From: a virus
Length of the DNA: 64,000 nucleotides
IMG/VR virus record: IMGVR_UViG_3300045988_177154
Coordinates: 160,001 to 224,000 of that record
Reading direction: 5' to 3' (one strand)
Below, in pieces: positions 1 to 9,146 of this stretch. The notes under the pieces are model-generated. The model was not told the DNA's origin and searched no databases. It saw only the letters and a program-made list of their open reading frames with translations. The position numbers and the translations under genes are program-made. Position 1 is the stretch's first letter. Each line of letters begins with the position of its first letter.

Positions 1-1
1 A

Positions 2-292
2 GATTTATTTACTGGAAAGATTAAACCAATGTGGACTTCACGAGCAAAAAATAAAAAAATCAATGAACTTGTTGAAGAATATAATATTGATTTAGAAAAT
101 AGCTTTGCTTATGGAGATACAAACGGAGATACTTTAATGCTTTCTAAAGTTGGAAATCCTATTGCTATCAATCCTAATAAAGAATTGCTTGCTAATATTA
201 TGAAATTGAAAGATAATAGTCATTATAAAATTATTGTTGAACGTAAAGACTCAATTTACAATTTAACACCAGATATGCTAAAAGATATTTAA
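2..292 (+). CDS. HAD-IB (SerB-like) hydrolase, C-terminal fragment; 5' end lies outside the window
   Basis: The frame is open from the window edge. FAYGDTNGDTLML..GNPIAINP resembles the HAD motif IV region. Confidence 0.55.
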   Translation, partial: DLFTGKIKPMWTSRAKNKKINELVEEYNIDLENSFAYGDTNGDTLMLSKVGNPIAINPNKELLANIMKLKDNSHYKIIVERKDSIYNLTPDMLKDI

Positions 293-318
293 TTTAAAAA
301 CTATAAGGAGCTAATCTT

Positions 319-657
319 ATGACTCAATCATTTGACATGAAACATTTTGTACAAGATGTTTTTACTTATATAACAGGCAATCCTAAAATTCTTTCAATTC
401 TTATCTCACTTGTTTTCTTGTTTATCTTGTATGTGATTATTAAGAAATTTATTAGGAAGCTTTCATCTGCTGTAAAATATTACTTTTATAGCTCAATTGG
501 GCTATCATCTGTCAATATTTTAACTACAATCCTATCTTACTTTACAATTACATTACCATTTGGAATTAGTAGCATTTTACTTAACTCTGGTAGTTTAATT
601 ACTCTATTGATTGGATTATGGAAAATGAAAAAGGAGCTTGAACAACTTGGCATTTAA
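319..657 (+). CDS. hypothetical multi-pass membrane protein
   Basis: AAGGAG RBS upstream of the ATG; several hydrophobic segments; no family recognised. Confidence 0.5.
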   Translation: MTQSFDMKHFVQDVFTYITGNPKILSILISLVFLFILYVIIKKFIRKLSSAVKYYFYSSIGLSSVNILTTILSYFTITLPFGISSILLNSGSLITLLIGLWKMKKELEQLGI

Positions 658-1252
658 TCTTGACTTATTCTATGAAGAAATACTAAATAAAGAGTCAGTT
701 AACTTTTATATTTATGTAGAAGATATGAAGTCAGGTATTAACTTAACAAAATCAATGCCGACTCTTACTGCCCTCTTAAATTGGGATTACAATTGTATTC
801 TTGATTTACAAAACGATTATCAATCTGGCTTGTATGAAGATAATAGAGTTTTTGAAATGGTTCATAATGAAGTCTTTGAAATTGTCAATTTTGATGAAAT
901 TGAAGAAAATAGAGCTATTATTAACAATTTAACTCAAGAAGATTATGAGAATGGTTATTCTTGGATTGATGAAAATAATATTATCTTATTAGCAAGTTCT
1001 AAATGTGAAGATAATGAACTAGATTTTAAAGAATATGCTAAAGATAGAAGAAAGGAATTGAGCATAGCTATTTATACTTTAATTACTATATTTGTAGCTG
1101 TTTCAATTATTTATGGTGTGTTTGTTTTTAATCTAGGAAGTCTATCTTCAATGATTATTTTTGGCTTAATTTATTTAATCATTTCTTACTTTGTGTTTTT
1201 AAAAATAAAAGAGCCAATTGATTTAAAAAAGAAATTAAAAAATGGATTATAG
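638..1252 (+). CDS. hypothetical protein with C-terminal TM segments
   Basis: Translationally coupled ORF. The in-frame TTG at 647 has better spacing to the AAGGAG at 631-636, so the start is uncertain. Confidence 0.5.
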   Translation: MNNLAFNLDLFYEEILNKESVNFYIYVEDMKSGINLTKSMPTLTALLNWDYNCILDLQNDYQSGLYEDNRVFEMVHNEVFEIVNFDEIEENRAIINNLTQEDYENGYSWIDENNIILLASSKCEDNELDFKEYAKDRRKELSIAIYTLITIFVAVSIIYGVFVFNLGSLSSMIIFGLIYLIISYFVFLKIKEPIDLKKKLKNGL

Positions 1253-1349
1253 AAAAGAACTTAATCTAAAAATAATAACTTTGTATTGAAAACAATTTAA
1301 AAATTTGTTATAATAGTAAAAATGAACTCAATAGAAAGGAGATGAAAAT

Positions 1350-1559
1350 ATGAACTTCGATTTTGCAAAACCAAATCTTGATGATAAAGTACTTAAATAT
1401 GTTTCCATGGCAGAATCTATTGCCAAAATGGGTAAAAACTATGACAAAGACTCTATCATTAAGGAACTAAAGGATACTAAGGACTATAAGAATAATACTC
1501 TTACAGACTTGGATATTGAAAAAATTGTAGAAATTCTAAAAGATAGAAAAATCTTTTAA
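1350..1559 (+). CDS. hypothetical small protein
   Basis: AAGGAG RBS; followed by a hairpin terminator. Confidence 0.45.
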   Translation: MNFDFAKPNLDDKVLKYVSMAESIAKMGKNYDKDSIIKELKDTKDYKNNTLTDLDIEKIVEILKDRKIF

Positions 1560-1569
1560 TAGCCTAAAT

Positions 1570-1600
1570 AAAAGAACTAAATTTTAGTTCTTTTATTTTT
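1570..1600 (+). terminator. rho-independent terminator
   Basis: Stem aaagaactaa/ttagttcttt followed by a T-run. Confidence 0.7.
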
Positions 1601-1657
1601 TATCCTACCGGTTTGATATAACTTCTTAAATAAAACAATAAAGGATAGGATAGATAA

Positions 1658-2320
1658 ATGAGTAAAAAATACCACATTTCAAAAAATGGAATACCTGCAG
1701 TGTGTCATGCTCAACCGGGTAAATGCCCTATAGGTGGTAATGATGTTCACTTTGATTCTGTTGAAAAAGCTCAAGAATATGCAGATTATCAAAATCATTT
1801 CGAAGCACTGACTGAAAATCTTAATGCGACAGATACCCCGTCTGACCCTATGTATGACATTGTTAGGACAGATAGAGCACAATTAAATCTAAATATGAAA
1901 GGCTCTCAAGTTTATGTTGATACTGTTGATAATGTATTAAGTACAACTTCTGAACCAGATGGCGGAAGTACTTATAATCCTTATGTAAAAACTTCTCCAC
2001 AAGTTGGCTTCTGTTATTCACCTTATCCAGAGCGTTCAGTAGAATTTAGTTCTGTTGATGATTTGACATTAAGCACTTATGACGAATATTGTGAGCAAAA
2101 CAAAGACTTACTTAGTAAAGATAATCATTATGTAGGAACATGGCATGACCCAGCTACAGGTAAAATTTATCTTGATGTATCTATAAATACTATGGATGCT
2201 AAAGAAGCAAGAAAACAATGTGAAGATAATGACCAAATCGCTTACTTTGATTTACAAGATTTTACTTCTGTAACAGTTAATCAAAACGCTACAAGTGGTC
2301 AATCACCTCAAAAAGAATAA
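1658..2320 (+). CDS. HCCH-module family protein 1 (N-terminal YH..G....C......CP.....HF motif; unknown C-terminal domain)
   Basis: The N-terminus KKYHISKNGIPAVCHAQPGKCPIGGNDVHFDSVEKAQEYAD is shared with five other ORFs in the window. Confidence 0.7.
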   Translation: MSKKYHISKNGIPAVCHAQPGKCPIGGNDVHFDSVEKAQEYADYQNHFEALTENLNATDTPSDPMYDIVRTDRAQLNLNMKGSQVYVDTVDNVLSTTSEPDGGSTYNPYVKTSPQVGFCYSPYPERSVEFSSVDDLTLSTYDEYCEQNKDLLSKDNHYVGTWHDPATGKIYLDVSINTMDAKEARKQCEDNDQIAYFDLQDFTSVTVNQNATSGQSPQKE

Positions 2321-2399
2321 ACTTTTCTATTGACAAGTATTATTTCTTGTTGTATAATATAACTATAAAAACAATAAAGAAGAAAAGAGAATAATAGAT

Positions 2400-2648
2400 A
2401 TGAAACAAGAAATCCAAACACAATTACTTAATTTGTCAGAAGAAAAACAAAAAGAACTATATGAACTTACTGTTGCTGTAAGAACTCAATTGGCAAAAGA
2501 AAACAAAAATAAAAAATTGAGCTTAACTTATATGAATCTAAAAAACAAACGTAATGAGTTCATTAGAATCAATATGCCTAATATTGAACGAATTGACCGT
2601 GTGGTAGTTGGAACAATTTGGGCTACACTTTACAATAAATTTTATTAA
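2400..2648 (+). CDS. hypothetical small protein
   Basis: ORF downstream of a TTGACA-N17-TGtTATAAT promoter; terminator follows. Confidence 0.45.
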   Translation: MKQEIQTQLLNLSEEKQKELYELTVAVRTQLAKENKNKKLSLTYMNLKNKRNEFIRINMPNIERIDRVVVGTIWATLYNKFY

Positions 2649-2702
2649 AAAAGCTTTTTAACACAAAGCTTTTTTATTTTAAATAAAAAGGAGTAATATT
2701 AT

Positions 2703-3554
2703 ATGACTTTGCTAGACGGGAAAGCAGTTGCTAAAAAAATTCAAGAAGAATTAAAAGAAAAAATTAAAAATGAACCACGTAAACCAATCTTAACAGTTAT
2801 TATGGTTGAATCTGAAAAATCAGGCCCTAGTCAAATCTATGTAAGAAATAAAATCAAAGCTGCTGAAGAAGTAGGAATTGATGTTAGCGTTATTAACATT
2901 CCTAAAACAGTTGAAGAAGATGATTTGATTAAATTTATCGGTGCGTATAATGAACGTTTATATTTAACAGATGGGCTTATTGTTCAATTACCATTACCCG
3001 ACCATATTAACGAACATAAAGTTTTAAATTCTATTAGTCCTCGTTTAGATGTAGATGGCTTTCATGCCCAAAATGCTGGATTAACTCTTGCTGGTAAAGA
3101 TTGTATGAAACCTTGTACTGCTTATGGAATTATGCGATTATTAGAAGCTTATAACATTGATGTTACTGGAAAGAAAGTAAAAATTATTAACAGAAGTATG
3201 ATTGTTGGAAAACCACTTGCTTCATTGATGTTAAATAAAAATGCAACTGTTACTGTACTTCATAGTAAAAGTCTAAATATTAAAAAAGAATGTAGAACTG
3301 CTGACATTATTGTTACTGGAGTTGGTATTCCAAACTTTATTAAAGAAGATTACATTAAAAAGGGAGCAATTGTTGTTGATGTTTCAATCAATCGTGTTTA
3401 TGATGGCTTTGTTTCTAAAATTTGTGGTGATGTAGATTTTGAAAATGTAGCTCCTAAAACTTCATATATTACACCTGTACCTGGTGGAGTTGGCCCAATG
3501 ACTATTGCTATGCTCATGGAGCAAACTTACCAAGCTTATCTCAATAATAAATAA
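2703..3554 (+). CDS. folD: bifunctional methylenetetrahydrofolate dehydrogenase/cyclohydrolase
   Basis: Full-length FolD pattern: LDGK..A, YVRNK, VQLPLP, DVDGF, PCTAYG, VINRS.IVGKP, TPVPGGVGPMT. Confidence 0.9.
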   Translation: MTLLDGKAVAKKIQEELKEKIKNEPRKPILTVIMVESEKSGPSQIYVRNKIKAAEEVGIDVSVINIPKTVEEDDLIKFIGAYNERLYLTDGLIVQLPLPDHINEHKVLNSISPRLDVDGFHAQNAGLTLAGKDCMKPCTAYGIMRLLEAYNIDVTGKKVKIINRSMIVGKPLASLMLNKNATVTVLHSKSLNIKKECRTADIIVTGVGIPNFIKEDYIKKGAIVVDVSINRVYDGFVSKICGDVDFENVAPKTSYITPVPGGVGPMTIAMLMEQTYQAYLNNK

Positions 3555-3580
3555 GAAATGCTTTAATTAGCATTTCTTAT

Positions 3581-3692
3581 TTTAAGCGATTTTAAGCAGT
3601 TTTTCTTTAAAGTCGATACATTTATCGAAATCACGATTTTAGGATTTTACTGTATTACTAATGACGATATAACAACCCTCAAAATCAGTTTT
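3581..3692 (+). repeat. dispersed intergenic repeat, copy R1
   Basis: Blocks taagcgattttaagc, TCGATACATTTATCGA (3613-3628), tgacgatataac (3662-3673) and aaaatcagtt are shared with copies at 11.8, 26.6, 33.4, 39.5 and 51.2 kb. Confidence 0.85.
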
Positions 3693-3779
3693 ATAAAAAA
3701 TATTTTTAACATTTTTATTGACATTAGTCTAGTTATATAATATAATAGACACAAATATAAAAAAGAAAGTAGGACTACT

Positions 3780-4943
3780 ATGAATACTAAAGAGAAAGAA
3801 ACATTAGCATCGAATACAGAACTTGCTAAAGAAGTATTAGCAACTCAAATGCTAAATACAAACGTAGAAGAGCTTGATTATTCATTAGCGGCACTTAAAG
3901 AACAAGACCGTGTTAAAGCTGTTCAAATTATGAAAGACCTTGATGAAAATAATTACTCATCATTGGATAATTTTGGGCAAGATGTTTATGATAAAGTAAA
4001 CGTTAATGCTAACAATGTTCTTTCAAATGTTAGAGGTAAAGATATTTCCAACTTAGGTTTAGACCTAGACACATTGCTTGAGAAAGTTAACAGTATCTCA
4101 CCTAAAGATATTAACAAAGCTGACCCTAGCAAAGCATTGTTCAAAGATATTTTTGGTTTTGCTCGCCGACACTTGTATCGCCTGAAAAATCATTATAGCT
4201 CATTGGATAGTCAAGTAGATACAATTGCAGAAAGCTTAGAATTATCTGTTGCAGAATTGCAAAATGACAATCGTACTTATGAAGCTCTTAAAGAACAAGC
4301 AAAACAAACATTTGAAGAATTGAATGCTTATATTGCAGCTGGAGAAGCTAAAGTCCTTGAATTAGGTCATACAATTGATGAAACCAATAAATCTATTGAA
4401 AATGATAACACTTCTAATAAGATGAGTTTGACTACACAAACGACTTCTCTTGTAAATTATCAAACACGACTACGCAAAAAGACTCAAGATATGCGTAACT
4501 TACAATTCTATCTTGCGTTTATTCAATACCCATCAATCAGCCAATTGCAATCTGATAATGAATTGGTAATCAATAATATTCGTGATACAATTCAAAACGG
4601 ATTACCTATCTACAAAACTAACTTGACAACAATTCTTGGAGCACTACGTACTCGTAAAGCTATTGAACAAACAAAAGCTGTTCGTGAAGTTATCAATAAA
4701 CAAATTTCTCTTGCTGTAGATATGGTTCAAAAGAACGCCGAAGATATTTCAAAATCTGCTATGGAAACAACTATTGATACACAAGTAATTATTGACGCTG
4801 CTCGTAAAATGCAAGAAACTCATGAAAAACTATCTGCTGTTCGTAATGAAGCAGTCAAGGCATTTGATGAACAATCTAAGGCTTTGGAAGAAGCAACAAA
4901 TAAAATTAACAATCATTTGAAAATCGTTGGAGGAGCTAAATAA
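3780..4943 (+). CDS. TelA/YaaN-family toxic anion resistance-like protein
   Basis: Collinear with the B. subtilis YaaN/TelA pattern, e.g. LNAYIAAGEAKVLEL versus LNVYIAAGELKLEEL. Confidence 0.8.
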   Translation: MNTKEKETLASNTELAKEVLATQMLNTNVEELDYSLAALKEQDRVKAVQIMKDLDENNYSSLDNFGQDVYDKVNVNANNVLSNVRGKDISNLGLDLDTLLEKVNSISPKDINKADPSKALFKDIFGFARRHLYRLKNHYSSLDSQVDTIAESLELSVAELQNDNRTYEALKEQAKQTFEELNAYIAAGEAKVLELGHTIDETNKSIENDNTSNKMSLTTQTTSLVNYQTRLRKKTQDMRNLQFYLAFIQYPSISQLQSDNELVINNIRDTIQNGLPIYKTNLTTILGALRTRKAIEQTKAVREVINKQISLAVDMVQKNAEDISKSAMETTIDTQVIIDAARKMQETHEKLSAVRNEAVKAFDEQSKALEEATNKINNHLKIVGGAK

Positions 4944-4945
4944 AA

Positions 4946-5812
4946 ATGGGAATGAATGATGTATTGACTTTGAATCTTGAAAATAAGAAGTATTATTGTT
5001 TTTATTGGAATAACCATCTTTATCAGATGAAAGATTTGAAGTCAATCTTCGGCCCCCAATTAACAACTTCTATTTTCTATGATTTAATTAACAATGATAA
5101 TGAAGAGGCTGCAGTAATTGTAGAAGAAGATACTATCAATTACTCAGTTCTTGACATTGAATCGTCTATTTTAGATTTCTTACCTAATGGAAAACAAACT
5201 TTAATTTACGAAGCTATGGCTAATGATGAATTAGAAGATTATGACAAACAACTAATCTATACTAATCATTTTAAATGTTTCAACTCCTTTGATTTGATTA
5301 AAGCAATGGTGGAAGTAAATGATAGTTATTTTAATTTCATGCTTGATGATTATATTAACAATCATGGAGCTTTCTTCCCTATTGAAATTTACTTCAATAA
5401 TGATAATAAAGAAATAACAATTAAAAATCCATTTCAAATTAACTCTTCAATTGAAGAAACTTTAAAACTAAAAGAAGATTTGAGTAATTTCTATATTGAA
5501 GAAAATCATCTTGGTAAAGAAATTGACGAATACCAAAAATATAAATCAACACAATTGCCTAATAAAGGTATTATCCAATTAACTGAATTTGTCTTAAATA
5601 CAGAAAAAGAAAACTCTGTTTTTGATTATGAAAATCTATTCTATAAACAATTGCCGTCATTGGTGTTGCTAAGAAGTCGTGATTCTTTAGAAACAAATAT
5701 TACTGCTTATCAAGCTGAAACAAAAATTTGCTTGGAATTTGCTAAAAAAATTTATGAAAGCATTTCAAGAGAACTAAAATATATTAAACTTATTCAAGAG
5801 AGGTATTTGTGA
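4946..5812 (+). CDS. hypothetical protein (operon with the telA-like gene)
   Basis: Starts 3 nt after the telA-like stop, with a GGAGG RBS inside the upstream gene. Confidence 0.55.
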   Translation: MGMNDVLTLNLENKKYYCFYWNNHLYQMKDLKSIFGPQLTTSIFYDLINNDNEEAAVIVEEDTINYSVLDIESSILDFLPNGKQTLIYEAMANDELEDYDKQLIYTNHFKCFNSFDLIKAMVEVNDSYFNFMLDDYINNHGAFFPIEIYFNNDNKEITIKNPFQINSSIEETLKLKEDLSNFYIEENHLGKEIDEYQKYKSTQLPNKGIIQLTEFVLNTEKENSVFDYENLFYKQLPSLVLLRSRDSLETNITAYQAETKICLEFAKKIYESISRELKYIKLIQERYL

Positions 5813-6156
5813 TGTTTGAATTTTTCTCAGCGCTTTTTTCTCAAAGAAATACAATCAAGGAAGATAAGCAAACTAATAAAGAATTTGTTAAAAGAAAAAG
5901 AGAAGTATTATCTATTCTAAAGGATTTAGATGATATTGATTTGAATTTTGCTTCAAGAGCACGATTAGATATAGAAAAACTAGAAAAAATTCTAAAAGAT
6001 AATGAAGCTATAATTGAACTATCATTTGGAAATTTATTAGAAGAAGCTCTAACAACTTTAGATTTGATTGAAAATAAAGCTATTGAAATTAAAACTACTA
6101 ATAAAACAATGACAGATGATTATGTAATTCAAAGAGCTATTCAAAATTTAAAATAA
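5812..6156 (+). CDS. hypothetical protein
   Basis: The ATG overlaps the upstream TGA (TGATG). The ORF track start at 5809 is a GTG. Confidence 0.5.
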   Translation: MFEFFSALFSQRNTIKEDKQTNKEFVKRKREVLSILKDLDDIDLNFASRARLDIEKLEKILKDNEAIIELSFGNLLEEALTTLDLIENKAIEIKTTNKTMTDDYVIQRAIQNLK

Positions 6157-6189
6157 AAATGAGTGAACTGATAAAGTTCACTATTTTTT

Positions 6190-6210
6190 TGGAATAATAT
6201 AACTATAAGG
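6190..6210 (+). promoter_or_regulatory. conserved promoter-like motif TGGAATAATATAACTATAAGG
   Basis: Identical 21-mer on the minus strand at 43588-43608. Near-identical copies at 14400, 59347, 33295(-), 40790(-) and 55077. Confidence 0.6.
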
Positions 6211-6252
6211 ATTGATATTCCTATCAAATCTATAAAAAGAGGTTATATAATC

Positions 6253-6633
6253 ATGTTTAAAAAAGGTTTAATTTTAGCCACTGTATTAGGTGGTGTTGTT
6301 GCTGTAACTACTGCTAAATATCTTAAAGAGAAATTTGAAGAAGCAGAGGCAGAAAAAGAAACTATTATTGGTTACAGATTTTCAGTAGAAAGCAAATCAG
6401 AAAATTCTATTGCTTATAAAGAAGTTGAGTCTTATGATGTAGATTCTTTATACAAAGCAGTAGAAGAAGCTGTCGCAGAGGGTTACATTTCTGAATTTGA
6501 ATTTATTACTGAATCTGGTTCTTATGATAACGTTGATTCTATTTTGGTTTATGATAATGAAGATACACCATCTCATTTACATTTCTACCAAGATGGTGAA
6601 GATTTAGTTATCGAAGCTCATATTAGAGCCTAA
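6253..6633 (+). CDS. hypothetical protein with N-terminal TM or signal anchor
   Basis: AGAGG RBS; hydrophobic N-terminus; acidic remainder. Confidence 0.5.
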   Translation: MFKKGLILATVLGGVVAVTTAKYLKEKFEEAEAEKETIIGYRFSVESKSENSIAYKEVESYDVDSLYKAVEEAVAEGYISEFEFITESGSYDNVDSILVYDNEDTPSHLHFYQDGEDLVIEAHIRA

Positions 6634-6697
6634 TCTATAAAGAGTACTTTTACGGTACTCTTATTTTAATCTAAAAATAAAGGAGTAAAATTAAAAT

Positions 6698-6931
6698 ATG
6701 GCTATCACTGTATATGGAAAACAAAATTGTAAACAATGTGAATTTACTAAGAAATTTCTTGATTCAAAACACGCAAGCTTCGTTTATGAAGATTTAACTA
6801 ATGACATTGACAAACAAATTGCTTTGAAAGAAAAGTACAATGTTGAGAAAATGTCTTTACCATTTGTTGTTACTGACACTGCTACTTGGTCAGGTTTCCA
6901 ACCAGACAAATTAGCAAAAGCAATTAAATAA
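6698..6931 (+). CDS. nrdH: NrdH-like glutaredoxin-like protein
   Basis: 77 aa with a CKQC redox motif at residues 11-14 and a WSGF.PDKL C-terminal motif typical of NrdH. Confidence 0.8.
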   Translation: MAITVYGKQNCKQCEFTKKFLDSKHASFVYEDLTNDIDKQIALKEKYNVEKMSLPFVVTDTATWSGFQPDKLAKAIK

Positions 6932-6937
6932 AAAATA

Positions 6938-6975
6938 AAAGTACAACTTGTCTAGTATAAGTTGTACTTTTTTAT
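6938..6975 (+). terminator. rho-independent terminator
   Basis: 12-bp stem aaagtacaactt/aagttgtacttt plus a T-run. Confidence 0.8.
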
Positions 6976-7047
6976 TGACTTTGGCTCTATTTTATTATAT
7001 AATCTATTTGTAATTGAAAAAAGATTATTTAAGAAAGGAAAAATAAT

Positions 7048-7260
7048 ATGACACGTGGTATGGTTATTAAATGGAGTGATGATGAAATCGAGTTCGGAGA
7101 ATGGACTCAGGAAAACAATTTGGAAACCTTTGTTGCTGAAACAGAATTGGGGACTTTGAGAGTTCCGATTGACCCAAGTACTGAATATTATGATGATGAA
7201 ACTGGTCGAACTTACTTTGAAGCAACTGGGAAAGAATATAAAACAGTCGTATTGTTTTAG
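7048..7260 (+). CDS. hypothetical small acidic protein
   Basis: AAAGGA RBS downstream of a TTGACT-N17-TATAAT promoter. Confidence 0.4.
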   Translation: MTRGMVIKWSDDEIEFGEWTQENNLETFVAETELGTLRVPIDPSTEYYDDETGRTYFEATGKEYKTVVLF

Positions 7261-7270
7261 GTATTAGAAT

Positions 7271-7516
7271 GTGAGAAAAATTTCAGATTTTACAGGCATT
7301 ATTATTGGAAAGTTGAAGGTGATTGCTAAAACTAAAGAGAAAGATAAATACGGTTATTTTCTTTATGATTGTGAATGTGAATGTGGCAAAGTAGTTCAAC
7401 GAAATGCTCGCTCAATTGCTCAATCAATTAAAAAACAAACCCATGCAAGTTGCCCCGATTGTAAAAATCAAAGACAATCAGATTTACTTGTAGAAAGACA
7501 CAAAAAACAAAAGTGA
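7271..7516 (+). CDS. small zinc-ribbon protein (F.G.I.GKL.VI ... CECECG ... CPDC)
   Basis: Two Cys pairs, a pattern common in phage- and plasmid-borne small proteins. GTG start with a weak RBS. Confidence 0.4.
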   Translation: MRKISDFTGIIIGKLKVIAKTKEKDKYGYFLYDCECECGKVVQRNARSIAQSIKKQTHASCPDCKNQRQSDLLVERHKKQK

Positions 7517-7557
7517 TATACTACACTAATATAATATAATAAGGAGGTTTTTGAATC

Positions 7558-7770
7558 ATGAAAAAATCAAAAACTAACAGAAAACTTGACGGCGTATTGG
7601 GTGGTATTGCTGAATATTGTAACGTTGACCCAACACTATTACGTTTAGGCTATTTCGTATTCGGTTGTTTCTACCCTGGATTAGCACTTATAATGTATGT
7701 TGGAGCAAGTATTATCATGTCTAACGCCGATAATAATTCTGAAACAGATAATACTGAAAATAAAGAATAG
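7558..7770 (+). CDS. PspC-domain membrane protein
   Basis: KLDGVLGGIAEYCNVDPTLLRLGYFVF followed by a TM segment matches the PspC domain pattern. Confidence 0.8.
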   Translation: MKKSKTNRKLDGVLGGIAEYCNVDPTLLRLGYFVFGCFYPGLALIMYVGASIIMSNADNNSETDNTENKE

Positions 7771-7782
7771 AAAGAAGAAACT

Positions 7783-8874
7783 ATGACAACAATTTATAAT
7801 ATTGATTATTTGAACACTCTTTCAAAGCTAGAACTTTGGAATTTAGCCAAAAAAAATTCTAAATTTAAAGTATCAAGCATGGAAAGCTCATTGCAAATGC
7901 CACATAATACTGCTAGAGTTGCAACAACGAAATTTGAAACATCAAAGTATGACGAAAAAATCAAGAAATATCTTATTGATTTTTTATCTACTCAAACTGA
8001 TTCAGATTTGAATTTAGAAGAACTTTTTAAAGAAGCTAATAAATATCAAAAAATCACAAACAAACAAATTGCTGAAGAATTGGGTTGTGATGTAACTACT
8101 GTTTCTGCTTCTAAAACGGGTAAATCAAAAGGAAAAAATGCTTATCTGATTAAAGAATATTTAGAAAATATTATCAATCAATACAAATTATTAGATGAAG
8201 CAATCCAACAAGATTCAATTCAAGAAAAGGAACAAGAAACTATGACTGAAGAAACACTTACTGATACTAAAGAAATGAAAACTTATGATGAATTTCTAAA
8301 CTTTATCAACACTCAAAAAGAACTTCCTATTGTTAAGAAAGCTTTAGATGAAACTCTTTCTACGAACCAAAACCTTGAGAAAATCTTGGCTAAAGAAGAA
8401 TTTATTACTATCAAAACTGCTCAAGAACTTAATGAAAAAATCTTTGCTAATGAATATACAGAAGCAGAAATCCTTGATTTTGAAAATCAATATTACGGAG
8501 CTGCTAATGGCGATTCATTGAAAGATAAAATTAAATCTTTTGTAGAAAAACATAATCTATCTCTTGAAACCGCTCTTAAATTGCTACAAATTTCAGAAGA
8601 AGATTATAAGAGGATGCTAGAAGGTGCTGATAAAGTTTCTAACAAAGCTGCTGACAAAATCTATAAAGCAATCACTGCTTTTGAAGAAGTTTATAAATCA
8701 GAAAAAACTCAAGATACTATCAACAATACAAAGAATACTTTTGTAACAGGTTTCGCTATTGCTTCAGCAAAAAGTCAAACATTCCTTAATAAAGGATTAA
8801 ATAAATTTGCTGACTTCTTGAATAAGAGCGCTGATAAAATCAAAAATTCAAATTCTGAAAATAAGGAAGATTGA
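7783..8874 (+). CDS. hypothetical protein with HTH-like segments
   Basis: ITNKQIAEELGCDVTTVSASKTG resembles a helix-turn-helix; otherwise unrecognised. Confidence 0.5.
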   Translation: MTTIYNIDYLNTLSKLELWNLAKKNSKFKVSSMESSLQMPHNTARVATTKFETSKYDEKIKKYLIDFLSTQTDSDLNLEELFKEANKYQKITNKQIAEELGCDVTTVSASKTGKSKGKNAYLIKEYLENIINQYKLLDEAIQQDSIQEKEQETMTEETLTDTKEMKTYDEFLNFINTQKELPIVKKALDETLSTNQNLEKILAKEEFITIKTAQELNEKIFANEYTEAEILDFENQYYGAANGDSLKDKIKSFVEKHNLSLETALKLLQISEEDYKRMLEGADKVSNKAADKIYKAITAFEEVYKSEKTQDTINNTKNTFVTGFAIASAKSQTFLNKGLNKFADFLNKSADKIKNSNSENKED

Positions 8875-8880
8875 TTTATA

Positions 8881-8994
8881 ATGAAAAAACTTATACCCGT
8901 TGTGTTACTTGTATTACTTCTTTCTGGGTGCACGGCTAAAACTTATAAAATCGCCCCAGGGGATAAATACGAAACACACTTAGCTAAAGAATAA
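8881..8994 (+). CDS. small lipoprotein (37 aa), absent from the ORF track
   Basis: MKKLIPVVLLVLLLSGC has a lipobox (LSGC). AAGGAAG lies upstream and a strong terminator at about 9024-9058 lies downstream. Confidence 0.45.
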   Translation: MKKLIPVVLLVLLLSGCTAKTYKIAPGDKYETHLAKE

Positions 8995-9146
8995 TACAAT
9001 CATTTTTTGACTTAAATAAAGAAAAAGTGAAAATTTATTAAAAATTTTCACTTTTTTGTTGACAAAAAATAATTTATATGTTACCATGAAAATAAATTAT
9101 TAGAAAAATTACGAAAATTACAGAAAAAGAAAGGTAAATCTAATAT

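Noticed and set aside
1679-1882. Other antisense or alternate-frame ORFs inside larger genes (for example 1679-1882, 4830-5066, 5252-5437, 13341-13604, 14078-14395, 19478-19660, 25628-25831, 27168-27419, 30301-30519, 37061-37285, 37681-37920, 41032-41220, 43274-43555, 44145-45420, 46803-46985, 47948-48233, 49332-49526, 51617-51902, 52454-52756, 58648-59273, 60193-60387, 62709-62894, 63525-63719)
   Set aside because: Each is fully embedded in a longer ORF that has recognisable domains or better context. Their compositions (Ser/Phe/Cys/Ile-rich) are typical of shadow frames in AT-rich DNA.
3581-3692. Dispersed repeat as a MITE or IS remnant
   Set aside because: It has no terminal inverted repeats that define an element, no target-site duplications that I can see, and no transposase in the window. 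It is kept as a repeat family of unknown function.
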